Shown here in pieces: positions 58,377-64,000 of a stretch of DNA of 64,000 nucleotides. This DNA is from Eledone cirrhosa (lineage: Eukaryota), in NCBI GenBank assembly GCA_964016885.1, contig OZ024740.1, positions 371,380,001-371,444,000 on the forward strand. The letters run 5' to 3'. Numbering within the stretch: position 1 is the first letter of the stretch; each line of letters opens with the position of its first letter. Made by a program: the position numbers and the translations under genes. The notes under the pieces were generated by a model. That model searched no databases, had not been told where the DNA came from, and worked only from the letters and a program-made list of their open reading frames with translations.

Positions 58377-58380
<4 letters not shown>
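56770..58380 (+). mobile_element. 5'-truncated Penelope-like element (GIY-YIG pseudogene ~56780-57190 + long 3' UTR), between (TA)n tracts
   Basis: CNCR..., NECMTKNVVYKCKV...HYIGSTATSFKDRWYNHRHSF...TALS*LIWKLK...CNLCLSE...LLNRRADLFGA*RH; not in the ORF track on this strand; HHR at the 3' end. Confidence 0.88.
58215..58307 (+). ncRNA. Hammerhead motif with U3-A8 core and extra hairpin
   Basis: tcctc-TTGATAA-insert-GTAGTGT..ATGCTAC-GAAA-CTACGTAG-TC^gagga. Confidence 0.7.
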
Positions 58381-58421
<41 letters not shown>

Positions 58422-58734
58422 AAGAAAGTGTGGTAAGAAACCAGGTGGACCATAACGCACCAGAGTACTCGATATTTAGGGTAGTAGAGAGGGAAATAGG
58501 AAAAGAGTCAGGACCCCGACGGATGAGCTCCGGCCGTTTCGATAGCTAGATCCGAACTATTCGGATCTAGCTGTCCAAACACCCGGAGCTCAGCCGTCGT
58601 GGTCCTCTTTTCACATACACACACATATATATATATTTCAAAAGGACAAACAAACAAACAAACGCAGGAGTCAATAGTACATAGTATTATTAGCTTTACG
58701 CTTGGTCAGAGAGTGTGTGTGTGTTTGTGTGTGT

Positions 58735-58775
<41 letters not shown>

Positions 58776-58787
58776 GGGGGTTATAGC

Positions 58788-58818
58788 ACGCTTCGGACAT
58801 AAGTCCTTCATCAGGAAA
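58788..58818 (-). ncRNA. Truncated Neptune-type hammerhead motif
   Basis: Reverse complement CTGATGA-a-GGAC ttat GTCC-GAAG-cgt; same layout as 53989-54024; stem I partner missing. Confidence 0.5.
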
Positions 58819-59425
58819 GTAGGGAGGAACTCCGAGAGGGAGTGAGGAGGGGAGTTAATAGGAAAAGCATGAAAGGACGGGAAAAATAGAAATAAAAATA
58901 AACATGAAAATCAAAATAAATAGAAACAGAATTAAAAGGAATATATCTTTCAACGTGAAGAGTGTGTTTCAACGTGCAGTCATTTCACGTTTTGTCTTCG
59001 ATTGTTATAGTATCAGGTTTAAGACAGAGTAAATCGATGAACTTTGAACATATTTGACATTTCCACACCAAAAGAATCTTATTTGAAATTTCTTCTAGAA
59101 ATAGTAGTTTTGTGTTGTAGGAATGAGAAAGTACTAATACATTTCACAAATACTGAACATGACAACTAAATGTTTAAATGTGTTTGTGTTTATGTTTCTT
59201 ACTTTGCTCCAAATGTTGAATGAATATTTGAAATAAATTTATTTCCTCAGCTCGAATTGGCAGGGTCATTAGAGCGTCGGATAGAATTTTTTGCGTTATT
59301 TGTTCCGGCTTTCTGTGATTTGAGTTAAAATTTCGAAGACGTTAAGTTTGTCTTTCTTCACTTCAAGGTCGAAAAATAAAATACAAGACAATATTTTTTT
59401 TCTTTCTCCCATTCACTCTTTCAGA

Positions 59426-59932
<507 letters not shown>

Positions 59933-59990
59933 AACAAAATGGCGTAGGATAGAAGAAAGGAAAGGCACAGAAACGAAGAAAGAAATCCCC

Positions 59991-60035
59991 AGTCACTGAA
60001 GAGGTCACAGAGTGTGTGACGAAAGAACTATGACT
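59991..60035 (+). ncRNA. Type-I hammerhead ribozyme motif in solo pLTR (59930-60195) between (TA)n
   Basis: agtca-CTGAAGA-g-GTCACA gagtg TGTGAC-GAAA-gaac-TA^tgact. Confidence 0.78.
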
Positions 60036-60188
60036 ATATATATATATAAACAACTATCTGGTTGTGGAACCAACCAACCAACCAGAAATTTATAAATTTG
60101 TAAATTTATAAATATATAATAAATTAAATTGAAGTGAAAGCAACTGGTGCGTGTGTTTCTTATTGGCAACATGACCCTCCCAAAGTAT

Positions 60189-60274
<86 letters not shown>

Positions 60275-60318
60275 ACAGAAAAAAAGAGAATCAGTGTTGC
60301 GACGAATGGAATTTATTG

Positions 60319-60413
60319 GACATATTACAATCGTTTCTCTGGCGACCAGCTCGAGGCACGATCGATGTGATGATCGAACCTGACTCTGATAATCGAAGGT
60401 CCTCAGATACGTC
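60319..60413 (-). ncRNA. Hammerhead motif with long stem II, in inverted module 60275-60590
   Basis: Reverse complement gacgtat-CTGAGGA-long stem-GAAA-CGATTG-TA^atatgtc; 60275-60344 is inverted at 60454-60523. Confidence 0.7.
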
Positions 60414-61010
60414 TTGATTCTACGAAGCAGATTTTCCTATGTAGGAAGAGAAACGCCAGAGAAACGATTGTAATATGTCCAATAAATTCCATTCGTCGTA
60501 ACACTGATTCTCTTTTTTTCTGTGATATCATACTCTGCTCTATAAGAGCATTGAGTGCTCATACGGCCTACCGCACCCAACACCAATTATATATATATAT
60601 ATGTATATATAAACAAAATTAGTTTCGCTCTAACATAGCGGATACGTAAATGCATTCTTGACTTTTATATCGAATAGTAATAATATTAGATTCGTTTGTG
60701 ACCATCGTCATCCTTTTGTTCTAGCGGTGAGAGAGAGAAACAATCGACATCATATTGTTTCTAGGTTACTGCCCTTTGTCAAGATTGTGTATCTCTCTTC
60801 TCTGTCACATACTCTTGGGAATATATAGTTTTCTCTAAAGTATACATCGGCTCATTAGCCGATACGCGCGCACTCACACATATATATCGTTCTATTAGAT
60901 AAAGCGAGAGTTGATACGTCGCTCATACACACAGTTTATACCATACATACATACATACATACATACATACATACATACATACATACATACATACATACAT
61001 ACATACATAC

Positions 61011-61330
61011 AAGGAGGACATCTACAGACCATTGATGAGGAGTTTACAAATCCAGTATCCAAGATACACCATTAACTTCATACCCATCATTATTGGAGCT
61101 ACGGGTTATATACCAACCCGCTTGGACCAAAGTATGACTGAACTTGGATTTGCGGACAAAGAGCGCAGCTCCCTAATTCATAGTCTACAAATGGCTGCGA
61201 TAGCTGGCACCTTCAAAATTTGCAAAACATTCTTGCGATTCAAGGGATGACAATTTCTTTTCTTTTACAACCTTGCCACCAGGAAGGTGGCCGGTCAAAA
61301 AAATATACTCGAAATTAAGAGAAAGAGATA
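61011..61330 (+). mobile_element. 5'-truncated R4/Dong-type element (REL C-terminus + 3' UTR) in (CATA)n
   Basis: Uninterrupted KEDIYRPLMRSLQIQYP...FIPIIIGATG...GTFKICKTFLRFKG*; (CATA)n at 60942-61010 and 61332-61352. Confidence 0.8.
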
Positions 61331-61892
61331 ACATACATACATACATACATACCGAAAAGAGAACAATTATACTGAACTAATGAGGAATATGCAGATACTC
61401 CACCCTGACTGTACTTTTAGATTTGTACATGTGATTAATTTGGGTTCTGGGATATGTTACTAAGTGCCTCAATACAAATTTTGGGAAATTAGGCTTCATA
61501 GAACTAGAAAGGGCACGGCTAGTTAGGAAGTTGTAAGTACAGTCAATTAATGGAACTGTAAAAACATGTAAAACATTTAAGAAATTCAGCATGTAATAAG
61601 TGAATATACACATGTATAGATACAGAAACATATACACGTGTACATATATAACTCAGAACATACAGATCCACACATGCAATAACACCCATACCTGCACACA
61701 CACACACACATAAACATATAGAAACTTACATACGTATTTAACTTGTTGATGTCAAAAATACCAGTGAATGAATTTTGTTTCTATGTTAGAAACTGACTGT
61801 CTCTTTATTAGTGAAAATTTATAAAATAATAAACCCCCCAAAATATACACATGTATATGCATACACACACACATATGTATGTGTGTGTGTGC

Positions 61893-62029
<137 letters not shown>

Positions 62030-63144
62030 TGTGTGTGTGTGTTTATTCATTATTTTCCATTTATGGTACAGATTGATATAATTATGTAAGAAACCAAACT
62101 ATAACGAATGAGTTAAGTTTTACATGATCAACTTGTTCACGTTGGGAAGGTCATATAGCCAATAATAACATAGGCACTTGTATTTCACTTCAGTTTTGTT
62201 ATCAATCAATTAATTAGTCAATCTCTTTATCAATTAAATAATTATCTAATTGATTGATATGTCTGCATATTCATTGTTATCAGTACATTGCTAGATAAAA
62301 TATAAAAAGATATCTATAGAATACACACAGTCTGAAACGATTTACTGAAGAAGCATCTACGTGGTATTACTACCTGCTAGAAATAGCAGCCAAATCTTCC
62401 TCAATTGTCATCGTCGTACATTCCTAAAAATCGGTTGAATATAGTGGATAACTAAGTCTTGGATATAATACACGAAAAAAGAAAATAAGATGACCAAGTC
62501 ACAGGTTGGACAATAAAGGTTTGACATTGAAATTCTTAGCATCAAGAAACCATCGGTTAAACAACCTCTAAATGAGGGTTCTGCATGAAACTAGAAACAA
62601 AATGCTTTGAAAGATAAGTATACCTCTACAATATACTCATACATATAAACCGACAACACAACAGAAATAAACCGACAACTTCACGGAAATAAACCCCAGA
62701 TAACAACAACATATAACACGTTAATTCAGCATTGCAATAATTATCTTTTGTCACACCCATAGTTCTGCAATGAATCTAAACTAAACAGCAAACGTAAAGG
62801 CAAATTTTTCACACGTGAAATACACAACAACAACTAAAATATAAATGAAACAAAACGTCTAAACATGTTGCAAAACAGCACTAACTGCTTAAGATATCCC
62901 CGTGACAATAATATCTTTCGTAATCACACATTACATGGCTATTATAAAAAAAAGACCCCCCCCCCCCCCAAGAAAAACAAAAAAACAAACAAACAAAAAA
63001 AACCACGTACAAGTCCAATACAGAGCTCATTAAATTTTTAATTCGTTAAGGCTAGAAAGACAAAACCAAGAAGTTGAACACAAAACATACCTATAATCCT
63101 GCATCCAGTACATACTACAAAAAAAATGACCATTAATAGAGAGC

Positions 63145-63308
63145 GGTTGATTGGCAGTATCGATAGAGAGTCGGACGCCATGCTTTGACGTATACGGCCC
63201 TTGCTATTCTGAGTTCAAATCCCGCCGAGGTTAACTTTGCCTTTCATCCTTACGGGGTCGATAAAATAAAGTACCAGTAATGCTGGCCTTGTGCCAAACG
63301 TAGAAACA
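63145..63308 (+). mobile_element. SINE family A with 13-bp TSD
   Basis: TSD ATTAATAGAGAGC at 63132-63144 and 63309-63321. Confidence 0.9.
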
Positions 63309-63329
63309 ATTAATAGAGAGCAACAACAC

Positions 63330-64000
63330 ACTCAAAATATAACCACCAAAATATAATTCAAACAACACGAAATGATATCACCAACAGTCTCAGTGAGTTT
63401 TAAGCCATAACTACAACTCAACATTAAAACCCAAACCTTCGTTAACGTAAACGACAATACACATAGCATATCCTGATACATAAAAAGCCAATACAACTAA
63501 CAAAGGGCGACACAATAACATGACTACTAAACTCACCTTACATAATAAACAACCTATACAAAAATTCTACACGCTGACTATAATATTAGTTTCTAGAAAT
63601 CACCCCCTGCTTACATCTCGTTACAACCACCACATCACAAACTGTTCCAACCATCTGCTACCGTCGTTATTAACAAAACTTTCCCAGCACATATCATCAA
63701 TAAAATAATTATAGAAGCTTCCAAAGAAACATACCCAACAAGACAGCGTAAAAAGAAATACAATCCCAATGAAGCCAACCTGATAAAAAATTGGAACAAC
63801 TTTAAGCATTGTAGACAAATACCACACGAAACAGAAATAAAATTAAGTATCGCGGAATTAATTAAGGAAATAACGAAGAAAAAATACTACACAGAAAATT
63901 GGGAAACTTTTATAGCATAAAACAAACTGTGAAACACGATACAAATAATTATCTGACAATGGCCACTCGTCATAATATCAATTTCAGATAGTAACTCGTA
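63330..64000 (+). mobile_element. Possible degraded Jockey/I-group LINE ORF2 linker
   Basis: A/C-rich strand skew; fragments IINKIIIEASKET and IKEITKK...ENWETF. Confidence 0.3.

Overview
AT-rich, microsatellite-saturated animal genomic DNA. The repeat landscape looks like an octopus/coleoid cephalopod, but that is inference, not verified. I see no supportable host gene, rRNA, tRNA or CRISPR array, and most ORF-track entries are translations of (TA)n, (CA)n or (TATG)n tracts. The window is a graveyard of retroelements: R4/Dong-, HERO-, Tx1-, RTE- and CR1/L2-type LINE remnants, four Penelope-like element (PLE) coding remnants, one internally deleted DD37D (maT) Tc1/mariner, and about 25 tRNA-derived SINE copies. 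The most striking unannotated signal is a dense set (about 16-18 by eye) of type-I hammerhead ribozyme (HHR) motifs. They lie in short non-coding PLE-terminus (pLTR)-like modules embedded in (TA)n tracts and arranged as inverted or tandem pairs, which produces many long palindromes. Several have atypical architectures: an extra hairpin between core A9 and stem II, a long covarying stem II, and a compensatory U3-A8 core. All structures were folded by eye and no activity is demonstrated.
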